From the human T2T-CHM13v2.0 reference genome, Homo sapiens: a stretch of 64,000 bases of DNA. The stretch lies in NCBI RefSeq assembly GCF_009914755.1, contig NC_060928.1. One strand, given 5' to 3'. Positions 1 through 15,559 of the stretch are shown piece by piece (the stretch's first letter is position 1; each line of letters begins with the position of its first letter). A program made the translations under genes and the position numbers. The notes beneath the pieces were generated by a model that saw only the letters and a list, made by a program, of their open reading frames with translations, did not search any database and was not told the DNA's origin.

Positions 1-114
1 GGGCCCTTTCACCTCTGTGTGTATATCTAAGGCAAGACGTGAATGTGACTCCTAAAAGGCTTTACCAACGGGGAGTTAACATCAGCAAAATACACATAAA
101 GGATCTTCAGGTTC

Positions 115-189
115 TAAATATTTGAACTTGTAAAAGAGCTAAGAGTGGTTTGGTTAAATATTTGAACTTGTAAAATGACTAAGAGTGGT
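115..189. repeat. Short tandem duplication, 35-bp unit with 40-bp period
   Basis: taaatatttgaacttgtaaaa(gag/tga)ctaagagtggt occurs at 115-149 and 155-189. Confidence 0.9.
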
Positions 190-190
190 C

Positions 191-548
191 TGTTATGAGC
201 TAAATCGTGTTCCTCCAAATTTATATTGAAACCCTAACCCCAGATATAACTGTAGTTGGAGATAGCATCCTTAGGAGATAATTAAGGTTAATTGAGGACT
301 TAAGGGTGAGGCCCTAATTTACCTCTCCTCATCTTTTCTCTTTCTATCTTTCTTCATTTCTTCCTCTGCCATGTGAGGACACAGTAAAAAGTCAGCTGTC
401 TACAAGTCAGGAAAAGAGCCTTCACTAAACCTGAGTCTGTTGGAATCTTGATCTTCAACTTCCCCCAGCCTCCAAAACTGAGAAAATGTATTTCTGTTGC
501 TTAAGCCACTGGGTTTATGTATTTTGCTATGGTATCCTGAGATAACCA
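191..548 (+). mobile_element. MaLR solo LTR (MLT1A/MST-like)
   Basis: Starts tgttatgagctaaatcgtgttcctcc; contains gccatgtgaggacacag and cagcctccaaaactgagaaaa, typical of MaLR LTRs. Confidence 0.75.
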
Positions 549-550
549 TG

Positions 551-908
551 AGAAAGTCCTAACCCCCAGTACCTCAGAATGTGACTGTGTTTGGTGATGG
601 AGCTTTTAAAGGAGTAATTTAATTAAAATGAAGCTGTTAGGGTAGACCCTAATCCAATCTGACTGGTGTCTTTATAAGAGGAGGAGATTAGGACACACAT
701 ACAAATACCAAGGGTGAGCAGGACAGAGGGACTGCTATGTGAAGGCAGCAAGAGGGCTGCCATCTGCAAGAGGCCTCAGAGGAAAACAGCCCTGCCGGCA
801 CATTGATCTTGGACTTCCAGCTTCCTGAACTGTGAGAAAACATATTTCTGGTGCTTAAACCACCCAGTCTGTGCTATTTTGTTATGGCATCTCTAGCAAA
901 CTAATAGA
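551..908 (+). mobile_element. MaLR LTR (MLT1B/C-like), 5'-incomplete
   Basis: aacccccagtacctcagaatgtgactg ... ctagcaaactaata, the MLT1-type 3' terminus. Confidence 0.75.
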
Positions 909-1160
909 GTCAGAATCATCAAATTCAAATCCCAGTACCTTCACTTATTGCATATGTGACCTGAGAAAAGTCATTTGATTCTTCTGAGCCTCAATCTTTT
1001 TGTCTGCAAAACTGGAATAACAATAGCATCCAGTGATCTTTTACATTTGCTGTGAAGTTGATGAGACCACTTCAGATCACTGATCAGAGTGCTTGGTATA
1101 TAGTGGTAGAGTGCTCGGTATATAGTGGTAGAGTGCTCAACTAGTGTGAGCTACCATTAC
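909..1160 (+). mobile_element. MIR SINE with an internal 22-bp tandem duplication (1086-1138)
   Basis: MIR core tgtgacctgagaaaagtcatt..ctgagcctc..ctgcaaaactggaataac; agagtgct(t/c)ggtatatagtggt repeated about 2.4 times. Confidence 0.7.
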
Positions 1161-1457
1161 CACTGGCATTTACTCCCAAGTGACAGAGTCTGTCTCTATC
1201 TCCCACTGCTTGAGAGTGACCTCATAGGTACCTAGGTGCTTCAAGTGCAGGTCAAGAAGGGAATACAAAAGTAAACTTATTGTCCATGTAAGCCACCCAC
1301 CCCTTCTGTGGTTCCTGACCAAGGATCTGCCAGCCCAGATGGTTGACACTGGAAACATAAAAATGTTTCCTGCCACCATCGGGGTATGTTTAACCTTGAT
1401 CTTGTAGCCCATTGTCTTAGTCATTTTCTGCTGCTATAACAGAATATTAAAGACTGA

Positions 1458-2932
<1,475 letters not shown>

Positions 2933-5694
2933 AAAGACTGAATAATTAATGAAGGATGAAAGTTTATTTGGTTCGCAATTCTGGATGCTGGGAAGTCCAA
3001 GAGCATGGCACTGGCATCTGCTGAGAGTCATCCCAAAGTGTAAGGGAAGTGGGACAGAGAAGGCGAGATGGACCAGACTCACTCTTTTTATCAGGAACTT
3101 ACTCCCCCAATAACTAACCACCCCCACGATAATGACAATCATCTCTTCAGAGCCCTAATGGCCTAATCACCTTTCAAAGACCCTACCTCTTAGTACTGTT
3201 ACAATGACAACTAAGTTTCCAAGACATGAACATTTGTGGACGCTTTCAAATTACAGCATTCTGCCCTTGTTCCCTAAAATTCACGCCCTTCCTCTCACAT
3301 GCAAAATATATTCATTTCATTCCAATAGCCCCCAAAGTCTAAACTCAGTCAAGCACCAACTCAAAAGTTCAAAGCTCAGAGTCTCATCTAAATTAAATAC
3401 GGGTGAAGCTCAAGGCATAATTCATTGTGACACAAATTCCCTCCAGCTGTGAGCCTGTGAAATGAAGCAAGATATCTACCTCCAAAATATAATGGTAGAA
3501 TAGGGATAGGATAGACATTCCCATTTCAAAAGGGAGAAACTGGCAAGAAAAGAAGGGTAGGTCATTCCAAGTAACTCCAAAACCCAACAGGGAAAACAAA
3601 ATTAAGTCTTAAATTTGAAGAATAATCTCCTTTGACTCCTGAATCCTGAACACACCTGAGCATGGGTTGGGACCTACGCAGTTTGCCTATGCTGCTCTTA
3701 CTGGTTGGAGTCTCATGCCTGAAGCTCTCCCAGACTAGCACTTCACATTGGTAGCTCTACAGATCTGCGGTCTCAGGAATGACCCCAATTCCACCACTCC
3801 ACTACATGTTTCCCTACTAGAGACTATCTGCAGCCGCTCCAAACCCACGTTTCCCCTGGCAATGCCCTAGTAGTGGCTCTCTGCAGTGCCTCCACCCCTC
3901 TGACAAGTAAATACCACATGATATAAGAGGGAGTGTGAATGCTACTCCCCTGGGAGTGGCAGCCTGAGTCACACCAGGGGCCACTTGAGCCCTGGCTTGG
4001 GCAGCTGAGAAGCGCTGTGCCGAAATGCAGAGTGCAGAGTTCTGAGGCAGTCCTAGGAATGAATCTGTGGAGGGCATCCCAAACTCATCCCCTGAAACCA
4101 TTCTACCCTCCTAGAGCTCTAGGACTGTGATAAGAAGGCAGCCTCAAAAATTTTTGTAATGAATTCTGGGTCCTCCTCCCATTGTCTTGATGAGTAGCAC
4201 CTGGCTTTCTTCCAACGACAGAAATCTCTTTAGCAAATGTTCACTTGGCCACATCCTTAGTATTCTCTCCTGAACATTTTTTTTCACTCTTTACATGGCC
4301 AGGTTACAAATTTTCCAAATCTTTCCATTATGTTTCTCTTTTAAATATAAATTTTGCCTTTAAGTAATTTACTTACTATCATATCTCACTGTGTGGTTAA
4401 AAATAGCCATGCAGCAGCCTGAATGCTTTGCTGCTTAGATATTTCTTCCACCAGATATCCTAGTTGATCACTCTTAAGTTCCACATTCTATAAAGTCCTA
4501 GGTCACAGACACAGTTCTGCCAAGGTCTTTCCTACTTTGTAAAAAGGATGGCTTTTATCCCAGTTTCCAATACCTCATTTCCCATATGAGACCTCAACAA
4601 AATGGCCTTTACTGCCCCTATTTCTACCAACATTCTGGTCATGACCACTTAAGTAATCTCTAAGAAGACTCAAACTTTCCCTAAAGCTCTTCTCTTCTTC
4701 AGAACCCTCAACAGAATCACCCTTAATTTTCCATTCATGGCAATACAGGCTTTTTCTAGCCTCTGCCCATTATCCAGTTTTAGATTTTTGTTATAGCAAC
4801 AACCCACTCCTGGTACCAATTTTGTCTTAGTCTGTTTTCTGTTGTTATAACACGATACCACAGACTGGGTAATTTATAAAGAACAGAAGTTTATTTGGTT
4901 ATAGTTCTGGAGGCTGAGAAGCCCAAAAGCATGGCCCCGGCATCATGGCCTAATCACTTCTTAAAGACCACACCTCTTACTACTATTACAGTAGCAACTA
5001 AGTTTCCATCATGTTCAAATCACAGCATCCACACATATCAAGAGGTCTTCTTACTGGCCACAGTGAGAGAAGACTTGGTACAATGTAGGGAAGTACTTGG
5101 CTTCCTGTAAGCTTAATAAAACACCAGTTTTATTTTATTAAAGTGAGTCCTCAAAGCAATGCCAGTTACTGGCATTTTTAAAAAACTTATCTGGGCCATA
5201 TAATAAGCTACACTGTCATTTCTCTCTTGTATGCTCAGAGTTTAATCTGTCACTTGGTAGTTGTAAAAGAGCAAATGAAGAGGTAGCTGTAGGATTTCCA
5301 GTATGTTACTAGTGTCTGTGTGACTCGCTCCAGGCTTCTTGCTTTCATAGCTCTATTTCTCAGTCTTTTATCTCACAAATGAAAGAAGGTAGGCCAAGAA
5401 AGATGTTCTACCTTAGTCACATCTAAAGGGTAAATCCATTGACTAGTTTTGAGGGATGTCTGATACATGTCAAAAATCCTAAAATTGTCTAGCTATTATT
5501 GAGGGCCAGGAACTCTAGCTTGGTTAGTCCTCTCAAATGATTTTCAGAGTAGGTTAGCATCTCATTTTAAGGAGTAGAGTTTGGGTATGTCATGAAAGTG
5601 TTTATGGGAGGCCAAAACACTAGTAAAATAATTTTCATCTTGTTTGTGATAGCTAATATTTCATCACTGCATACTATTTGCCAGACAGGGTCTT

Positions 5695-5965
5695 TCATTT
5701 ATGGAATAAATATTTATCGAATACCAGTTATGTGCTAAACAACAAGACAAACCAAATGCTCTGCATTCATGGTACTTGCATACTGGTCAGGGAGACAAAC
5801 AATAAACAAAACAAATAATAAGTAAATTATAAGTTATAGAATAATAAAGGTTACAGAAGAGTAAGTCATTGAATAGGAATATTACATGCTAGTTACAGGG
5901 GTGCAATTTGAAATAGAGACCAGGGAAGTCTTCCCTGAGAAGCTGACATTTGAGCAACATTTGAT
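5695..5965 (-). mobile_element. L2 fragment
   Basis: tttcattt..aaatatttatcgaataccagttatgtgc ... agggaagtcttccctgagaagctgacatttgagc. Confidence 0.65.
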
Positions 5966-6079
5966 AGTGAAGCTAAGGATATTTACCTTATAACCACTAT
6001 CTCATTTAATCCACTGGACGACTAAATATTATGATTTTCCCCATTTCTATATATGCATATACATATCTACATTTATAGT

Positions 6080-6502
6080 TAGATAAAAAAAGATTTATGA
6101 AGAATTGGCTCACATGATTGTGGAGGCTGGAAAGTCCCAAGATCTCCAGGTTGAGTCGGGTGAGTCAGAAAGCTAGAGACTCAGGAGAGCCGAAGGGGAG
6201 TTCTAGTTCAAAGGCCAGCCGGCTCAAAATTCAGGAAGAGTCAATGTTTCAGTTTAAATTTAAAGACAGAAAAATTTGTCATTTACTTGGAGGAAAGGTC
6301 AGTCTTTTTGTTCCTTTCAGGTGTTCAACTAACTGGATGAGGCCTACCCACACTGGGAAGACAATCTGCTTTACTCAGTCAACTGACTCAAATGTTAATC
6401 TCATCCAAAATTATCAGGAAAGAAACACCCAGAATAATTGTTCACCAAATATCTGGGCATCCCATGGCCCAATCAAGTTGATACATAAAATTAACCATCA
6501 CA
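6080..6502 (-). mobile_element. ERVL LTR (MLT2-like)
   Basis: gaattggctcacatgattgtggaggctgg ... aagttgatacataaaattaaccatcaca terminus. Confidence 0.8.
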
Positions 6503-6527
6503 GTTGTAAAATCTCACTGTACAGTGG

Positions 6528-6893
6528 TGCCTTAGTCTGTTTTACGTTGCCATAGCAGAATACTACAGACTGGGTAGTTTATAACAAAAATAAAATTATT
6601 TCTCACAGTTCTGGAGGCTGGGGAGTCTACAGTTGAGGAGCCTCATCTAGCAAGGGCCTTCTTGCTGCTTCACCCTATGGCAGAAGGCAGAAGAGCAAGA
6701 GTGCATGTGCAAGAGCAAACTTGCTTTTATAACAAACCCACTCGCAAGATAACTAACCCACTCCCGTTATAACATTAATCCATTTATGCAGCAGAGCCCT
6801 CATGACCTAATCACCTCTTATTAGGCACCACCTCCCAGCATTGTGTCAATCAGAGTTAGGTTTCCAACACATGAATATATTCAGACCATAGCA
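6528..6893 (-). mobile_element. MaLR solo LTR (MST-like) inserted in a MIR
   Basis: tgccttagtctg...cagaccatagca with 5-bp TSD agtgg/agtag. Confidence 0.85.
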
Positions 6894-6908
6894 AGTAGTT
6901 AAAAGCTA

Positions 6909-7090
6909 GGATGGGAGGGGATAGGGATAGGGATAGCATAGGGTGGGGATGGGGATGGGAGTGGGGATGGGGATGGGGATGGGAGTGGGGATGGGGATGG
7001 GGATGGGAGTGGGGATAGGGATGGGGATGGGGATGGGGATGGGGATGGGGATGGGGATGGGGATGGGGATGGGATGGCATGGCATGGCAT
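6909..7090 (+). repeat. G-rich simple repeat, (GGGGAT)n with GGGATA/GGGAGT/GGCAT variants
   Basis: Read directly from the sequence. Confidence 0.97.
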
Positions 7091-8059
7091 CACCAGAGAA
7101 AGCTGGATTCAAAACTTGACTCCACCTTTTTCTAGCTTGCGTGATTGAAGACAAATGATTATACTCTCTGACCTATGGTTTCCTCATCTGTAAGGTGGGA
7201 ATAGTCATGCCTGCCTCCAAGGGATGCTGGGAGAATTATAAAAGCTAATATGTAAGGTGGCTAACACAGTATCTAGACCAGAGCCAACAGTATGAGTGCT
7301 GAGTGCACCCTCCCCACGTGGAAGGGAACTGTGCTAGACACTTCCCCAGATGCTGTCTCATTGCACATGGCTTCTTTAGGGTTTCTCTTTGGAAATGCTT
7401 TTATTCTCAACAAGGCTAATTAGCCAGATTTCTGAGACCCTGAGCTTCATGCGGTTTTTCAGATTGCTTTTCACTCTTTGGAGGCCCAGAAACACTGCAG
7501 CCCAAAAAAAGGAAGGATTCTTGCCAGATGCTTGGGGTGGGGCAAGAAACCTGGGTACTCCACTTAGGATGGAGTCATTCAAGGATTGAGAAAACTACAG
7601 GCCTGAGGCTCAGTTTTAAGGTTCTGATCAAAATAAGCTGAATACTTTGCTAGAATCTCACAATAGGCCAGCCCTGAGTCGAAGCTCCTCAGCCCTGCTT
7701 TTGATTTTGTCAAATGTCCCCAGAATAAGATATGCAATTCCCTCTTTCTTGTCTCCTTGACACAGAGGAGAGCGGATGTATCCCAGGGCCCCTTCCTCCA
7801 CCTGCATTGGGGTAGAAATGAAGATCATTTGCTCTCACTTGTGCTACTTATTATAGAAATTTCTGCTTATGGGTTTTCCACACAGAACCAGGCAGAGGCC
7901 TGGCTCAGTCACTTAGCCATCTGACCTTGTTGGGTAAGTTGCTTTACTTTCTCGATCTTCAGTTCATTTATACAGCACTATTAATATATACCTCTCAAGG
8001 CTTCATTCTTAAGTGGAATTTATTGACTTCCTACCTTGTCCTAGACACAGGAATGATCT

Positions 8060-8205
8060 TAACAGCTTCACAGGCATACAATCTCTGGGGTTGCATGGGG
8101 CCCTGGGCTCAGAAAGGCCGTCCTGAAATTCTTAATAACTTTTGAAGGAAGGGCTCCACAGTTTCACCGAGCACTAGGCCCTGCAAATTTTGCAGTTAGC
8201 CATGG
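8060..8205 (+). mobile_element. MER45A-like hAT DNA transposon
   Basis: gggccctgggctcagaaagg..ctgaaattcttaataacttttgaa..ggccctgcaaatt. Confidence 0.65.
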
Positions 8206-8742
8206 CTCTAAGAGAAAGGAATTAACCTTATGCTCCTTTCACAGATGAAAAAATTGTGAGGCAAAAAGGTTCAGCAACTTGTCCAAGGTCACACAGCTAG
8301 TAAGTAGAACAAGAAGGAAATTTCTTTCTGATTCATGCTTTTAAATCCTCCTGGATAGTGCCTTCCTGGTGAGAGAATTTAATTAAAAGCCATTACTCTG
8401 TGCTTTATAACTCCAAGTGGCTTCCATCCTCTGCCATTCTCACTTCCCATCGCCCAAGTAGTCTTTATCCTCATGCTGATGACTCTTAGCCCCGCAGCTT
8501 TTAAGAAATGATCCCCATGTTGCAGATGCATATGATTCTTGAATATAGTGCCTGGGAGGCCTGCCACAGTTAAGTCACTGCCCGGTCAGTTAGGTTGAGG
8601 CAGGATCTCTTTCAAGGGAGCAGAGATGGAGTATCAATGCCTGCTATCAGTCATCAGGGAAAGTAACAAGACATCAGAAAGTAGATGGAGCCTCCAGTTT
8701 CTAGGACAGTCTCCCATCCTGGAAGAGACTCATCTCTCTGTT

Positions 8743-9093
<351 letters not shown>

Positions 9094-9679
9094 TAATCAG
9101 GATGATCTCAGGCCTATTTGCAGGGGTTAGGAGTGAGCAGAAAGTTGGAGGTGTGGTGTATGAATTGTGAGAAACCCCCTCCAGGAAGCAGCAGGGCTAG
9201 AAAGCCAAGGCAAGAGAAGTGGCTATAAAAGGGCCCTGGGCCAGTGCACCACGCATCTGGGGGTAGAGGGCAAGTCTCCTAAGACAGAGTTAGAAATAGA
9301 TCAAGACTTGGCTTGTGAATCTGGACCCAAGACAGGGACAAGGGTTGTGGCAGGAGCAAGAATCTATGCCTCCTAGACTTTATTTCATCCTTCCTTTTAT
9401 TTTTCCCCTGTGTTTTGCCTCTGTATTTGGTGTTGATGGTTGTTATTTTATACAGTAAGTGTATGCCTAAAGGAACCAGGAGAATGGGCCTATAACCTTG
9501 CTTGGGCCAGACTCTGAAAGGAGGGAGAGGAGCATATGCCCAGGTAACTTTTTGCAGTATGTGGTGGTGGCAGCTGAAATGAATTGAGGGAGGACAAGAA
9601 GAAAGCAATGGTCAAGAGGAAGAGAGGTAAGTCGTTTAGATGGCTTCGATGGCCCGTGGAGTGGTGGTGCTTTTTAATG

Positions 9680-9830
9680 TGCATGGTAATCACCAGGACA
9701 TTTCCCTGTCAAAAGGCAGACCCTGATTCAATAGGTCTGAGTGAGGCCTGAGACTCTGCCCTCTAACAAGCTCCCAGATGAGGCTGACACTGCTGGTCCA
9801 CAGATTGCACTTGGAGCTGCAGAGCCCTAG
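9680..9830. mobile_element. MER5A-like hAT element
   Basis: tgattcaataggtctgagtgaggcctgagactctgc..taacaagctcccagatgaggctgacactgctggtcc. Confidence 0.7.
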
Positions 9831-10859
9831 GAAAGGGCCAGCCCCTTAGACAATGGGGGCCACCATTCAGATCGGTTTTACAGCAGAGATTCGAACAGGA
9901 GTAAAAATGCCAACAGGCTATTTTCAGGGAAGAACACATCCCTTCAAAGACTAAAAGCTCTTGGGGTTATCACTACAAAGAGAATGGCTAGGAGGAAAGA
10001 GAAGTTGAATATTTTCATTGACAGGTTACATTTCCTTTTTGTGAAGGTCAGTATGATCTTAGGAATGATCAAAAGCCCCAGCTGTGTCTCGTATCCCTCC
10101 CACCTTACCAGGGTGTCTGAAATTCCCACCATCAGGAAAAATGACTGTATTTTACTAGGGCACCATTTCCTCAAGAATGTTCCACTCAGAAGAGTTGTTC
10201 TAAGGTATTAATTGATAGAAAAAATAAGAGTTCTGTGACGATATTAATTAGGGCAACATTGATGCAAATAAAGTGGGATATGATTCTTTACCACAGACTC
10301 TTCAGAGCGTGTCCAGTGCTAACATACATTGTGAATAGCTAATATAGGAACCAAACTGCCACAGTATTTCCTAACCTTGTTTGATTGCAGAACTCTGTTT
10401 CTGTTTCTCTCTAGCTCCCTTCCTTTCTTCCTTTACTAGCAATTAAATAAGTGCCAATTACATCAACAAAATGCTGAAGGTGGGAAGGTTCCTTATTTGT
10501 TTCAACAGAGATTTATCTTTTTAAGTATTCAGTATTCATAGCCGGGTAGTGATATAAACACTCATATACTTCCAATATGAATTTAAATTGGTATCAGCTT
10601 TTTGAAAAGTTCTTTGGAAGTATGAAGGAAAAACAACAAAAATATTTATAAACTTTAAGACAATATATTAACTTACGTGATTCTAGATTTAGATTTTTTA
10701 ATTACCCCAAATATAAAATTTTTCCAACAAAGCTTTGGAAATGTTTAAAATTATCTACGAGGGTGTCACTCAGTTTAATACACTCATTTGTCATATAAAA
10801 TCATCACAAATGTCCATGAAATCATATAGAAGTGTGCTTATGTTATTTTGCTATATCAA

Positions 10860-11300
10860 TTGCAAAAAGTAGCTGCCATTCTTCACTCCTCCTTCTATCT
10901 GTGACCTTTGCAAATGACTGGGGAGTCCCATCCCATCCAGAGGTGGTGTCTACTTCCCCACACTGGAATCCAGGCTGGCCTTGTCACTTGCATTGGCAAA
11001 GTGTGGCAGTGACAGTGTGCCAGCTCTGGACCTCAGCATCTTCTGGTTCTGTCTTCTCTCCCAGAATCTTGCCACTGCTATGTACACACCCCCAGGCTGT
11101 CCTCTTAGGGAATGAGAGACCAAGGATAGGAGTGCTGTGAACCCACCAGCAAGTGAGAGAACCCAGCCAAGGTTGCAGACCCATTAGCAAGCCCCGCTGA
11201 AACTAGAGTGACTATGGAACCTTCCAGCTAACCCCTGAACTCATTTGCAATCATAAATGGTCATTGTTTTAATAGGTGGCAATAGATAGTTGATAGAGTT
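10860..11300 (+). mobile_element. Old MaLR LTR (MLT1F-H-like)
   Basis: cccatccagaggtggtgtctacttccccacactggaatccaggctggccttgtcacttg ... gcaatagatagttgata. Confidence 0.6.
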
Positions 11301-13099
11301 ATGATGTAATATAAAAAGAAAAAAAAGCGTAAAATATGTCAACTAATGTGAAATTGTTATAATTATGACCAAAAGAAAAATGATATGAATGAAAATATGA
11401 TGAATGGCTGTTTTACAACAGCAAGCTTATTAAAATATTGATATATTTTATCTCTCTACATTTCTGCATTTCCAAATTTTCTTTGATGAGCATGCATTAC
11501 TGTCATCATGTTTGTATATTACACAAATGGTTTATTTAGCAATAATAACTCAGGAGTCTTAGGGATAGTTGGTATCTGCCACATACTCTAGTATCTAGAC
11601 TAGTCCAAAGTATGTGTTTTAAAAATCATAAAACGCCTTATAATCTGTAAGGTGTTATAGTTTTTACTGTGGCACCTACTTTCATAATTGTTGAGCACTC
11701 TAATAAGATGCCACACTTTCTGCTCCAAAATTGGTAGAGTTTTTACATTTTATTTTTGAGTTAAGAATGTATTAACCCTAAAACGCTAACAAATTGACAA
11801 TCCAAGGATTTGAACAAACTTCCTTACCATTAAGTAATATATATGGCAATAATAAACACAAGCCCTCTGTGTGTCACACAGAAACTTCTCAGGCTAAATA
11901 GAGCTGAGCTTTCATCTTGAATGGCAGCTTTGGAAAAAGGATCATGCACAGAGCAACCATTGAACTGTTTACAGAGAAGGTAATGTGAGGAGCACACCCT
12001 CCCAAGATAAAAGCTGCTTTATGGTATATAAAGAAAGTCCTTTGAAAGTACTGCTAAAATTGAAGAGACTTTGTAGTTCTCCAACAACTTTCATGCAAGC
12101 ATCTGAAAACATTTTACTGACATACACCTTTAATCTGCACAGCCGCCTGAGGGTAAGTAACAAGTTTTACTATCCCCATTTTGCAGGTGGAAAACCCAAG
12201 GTAGAAAGGTACCAGAAAATGCCACATGCTAGTTAAATTTATTTGGTTGCAAATAACATAAAAAACTAGCCAATCAGGGAATAATAATTTATATTATACA
12301 AATATTATATTTATATAAGATATAATTATATATAATATATAGTATTGTATCTTATATTATTAAACAATGACAAAATTAAAAATAAAAATAAATGTGTGTG
12401 TGTATATAAAGGACAAAGGAAGGCACATGGCTATGAAAGAAGGAAGTTGGGCAACTCGAGGGCTCTAGGTTCTAGCAATCAAGTCTCTTCAGGGTGCTGG
12501 TGTCTGGATGAAGCTGTTTCAGCCATTTGTTACTCCATTCAAAACAAATTGTAAAGAGAGAATGCCTGAGCACCAGAGTTGAGTCACAGGCCAATTCTAT
12601 GAGTGCTGTACACTACAGTTGAGGAGTAACTCCCCAGGAGAAAGAAAGTCAATGTCAGGTAGACACAAAACTATGCATATTTTAGAATGAATGAAATGTA
12701 ACAGGAAGTTCTTTTTGATTTTTGCCTATCTATCACTTATTACTCAGCCCTTTTCAGAATGAACCAGGAGTTTCTAGGAACCAGGAAGGAAGGGAGCAGT
12801 GTTTTTGAGCCTAGCCCATGGTCTGGCACAGAGTTAGTTCAATAAAAGAACACTGAATAACTGAATGAATGCATGAACCACTTGGCATCTGTGCAGTCCT
12901 GAATGAAATACTGATAATAGCATTTGTCTCCCATTTTTCTCCCATGGGTTTGCACACACTTCAACACCCTGGGCCATTTCCAAGTTTCTTTTCAACAGGC
13001 GTTAAGTGCCTACCCACCCAGTCCTCCATGTCCTAGAGTTGTTCCTTCTCAGGGATGTGTTCAGAACTGGTTCTAGTGTGGCCCATCCAGAATTCATTA

Positions 13100-13465
<366 letters not shown>

Positions 13466-14745
13466 TAGGTAATAATAATTCTATCTTGTAGGGTTGTTAT
13501 AAGGATTAATGGAGATAATATTAGTAAAGCATTTAGAGTAATCCTGGCACATAGGAAGATACTATTTGTTAGCTGCTATCATCATCATCTTTATAATATT
13601 CTTGTTATGGAGCATTGTATATTTAATATCAAGAATTTCTCATTCATGGTTGCCAATAACCCTCAGCACAATCAGGGTTGGTTGTGCTGAGTTGTGCAGA
13701 GTTGGTTCTTCCCATATAATGAATGATGAAATGAAGCTCAAGGAATTTAAGTTATCAGCTCAAGGTCCATCAACTGCTAGATGTCATCTTCCACTGCTTA
13801 TCCCTAAGGACTGTCTTCTTTCTCTTACAGTATGTTACTTCCCAAAATAAAAGGTAAAGAGTGTAGCCAAAAATAGTGAACTTGCAATGGTGGAATTCCA
13901 GGCACGTAGAAGGAAATGTCCCTCCTGGTGACCCACAATCCATCTTGAACAGGAAATCTTGCTGGCCATGAGCTCCATTCATGATATACCCAAGCATTTT
14001 CCCCACTAAACTTCAAGTTCCTTCAGAGTAGAGAGGTGCTCTCCCAGCACCCAGCATGGTTCCTGGCATTTGGTAAGTCTAATACATGCACTGTACAGCC
14101 AAGATACTCTACAGGAGAAAAACATCAAAAATTCTCCAGAATATGTCTATGGCTTATATCCTATGGAGAGTTACCTTTTCTTCTCCCTTTTTGAGATCTC
14201 TTTTTTTCCCTTTTCCTCCTTAATGAAAGAAGGAATATTTATTTGGCTTTTTAAATGTTAATCTTCCTTACTCAGCCCTCTCCCTAATCTGGTCATATCT
14301 CCGAACCCAGCCTGTCACTCACATGGTCACTTGTCCCATGAACAGTATAAACTCAACATGCCCCAAACCACGTTTATCATCTCCGCCAATTTCTACTCCT
14401 CCCAAATTTGTTCCTACTCTTGTAATTTCTGATCTCTCTTGGATGCATCATCCACCAAGCCAGAAACCTCAGGGTCATCTCTCTCCTTCCCATCATACTT
14501 CCTCACCCATCCATACGTCAAGTCTGCCAATTCTGTCTCTGTAATCATTCTTATATTATTTCTCTAATCTCTCTTTCCACCACTTTTAGGCTACCATCAC
14601 CTCTAGCATGGACTACTGCTACAGTCCTTTTATCTTGTGTCTTTTCAATCTAATTTTTATTGAGGCAAAGTACCATTTTTGAGCAGAGATGAACTAGCCA
14701 TTCACCAAACTGGTTTTTCTTTCCTCCAAAGCAACATCTTGGCTA

Positions 14746-15559
14746 GGCAGGAGACCAAAATATGCCACCTCAAAATATGCCTCTTTGATATAGTATTATC
14801 TTGAGCCAATTATTTGGGAACCCTGCAGACACAAGAGAATCTCTGAAAAGAGAGTAGACGTTACCCTTTTGCAGGGAAAATTTGCATCTATAAAAAAATC
14901 TCCATATGCAAGAATCTTAGTTGGTTTTATGCTGCTGTAACAGCATACCACAGATTAGGTAATTTATAATGGACAGAAATGTATTTGGCTTATGGTTCTG
15001 AAGTCTAGGAAGTCTTCTTGTTGCATCATTGCATGGCAGAGGGCATCATCAGTACATAGCAAGGGAACAAGAGAGGGGGCTAAACTCATTCGCATGGTCT
15101 AAAAACATCTTAAAGGTCCTACCTCTCAACAGTGTTGCATTGGGAATTAAGTTTTCAACCCATATGCTTTGGGAGATACATTCTAATCATAGAAGAGTGT
15201 CTCCTTCTTTGTACCAGGAAGAAAAGGATGACTACATCTCTAAAGACTCTTATCAATGGAGAAGGCACTGACTTAATCTGCATAACAAACCTTACCCTGT
15301 TTACTGAGCTTTTCCTGGGTATTTCTCCATAACCAGCCTTCCCCACACCTTTTTTCCATTTCAACAGACATGGTATTTAAACCTGAATTCAAAGCCACTT
15401 CTGTGAGATTTATTCACTTATCCTTGCATATATCTGATGTATACTTGAAATATACATGTTAATAAACTCCTGAGCCCCTTTCTCTTGTTAATCTATTTTT
15501 TTGTTACAGAGGTCTGTCCCAACTAAGAACTATCAAGGGTAGATGTTTCTTCCTGTACA
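14746..15559 (+). mobile_element. ERV1 LTR (MER34-like), interrupted by a MaLR LTR
   Basis: ggagaccaaaatatgccacctcaaaatatgcctctttg start; aataaa near 15461; ends cctgtaca; 4-bp flanks gcta/gctc. Confidence 0.7.
14914..15193 (-). mobile_element. MaLR LTR (MST-like) nested in the MER34-like LTR
   Basis: tcttagttggttttatgctgctgtaacagcataccacagattaggtaattta ... gatacattctaatcatag. Confidence 0.75.

Noticed and set aside
6856-7154. Pro-His, Pro-Ser and Ile-Pro repeat ORFs
   Set aside because: These are artefacts of a stop-free hexamer repeat that is open in all three antisense frames.
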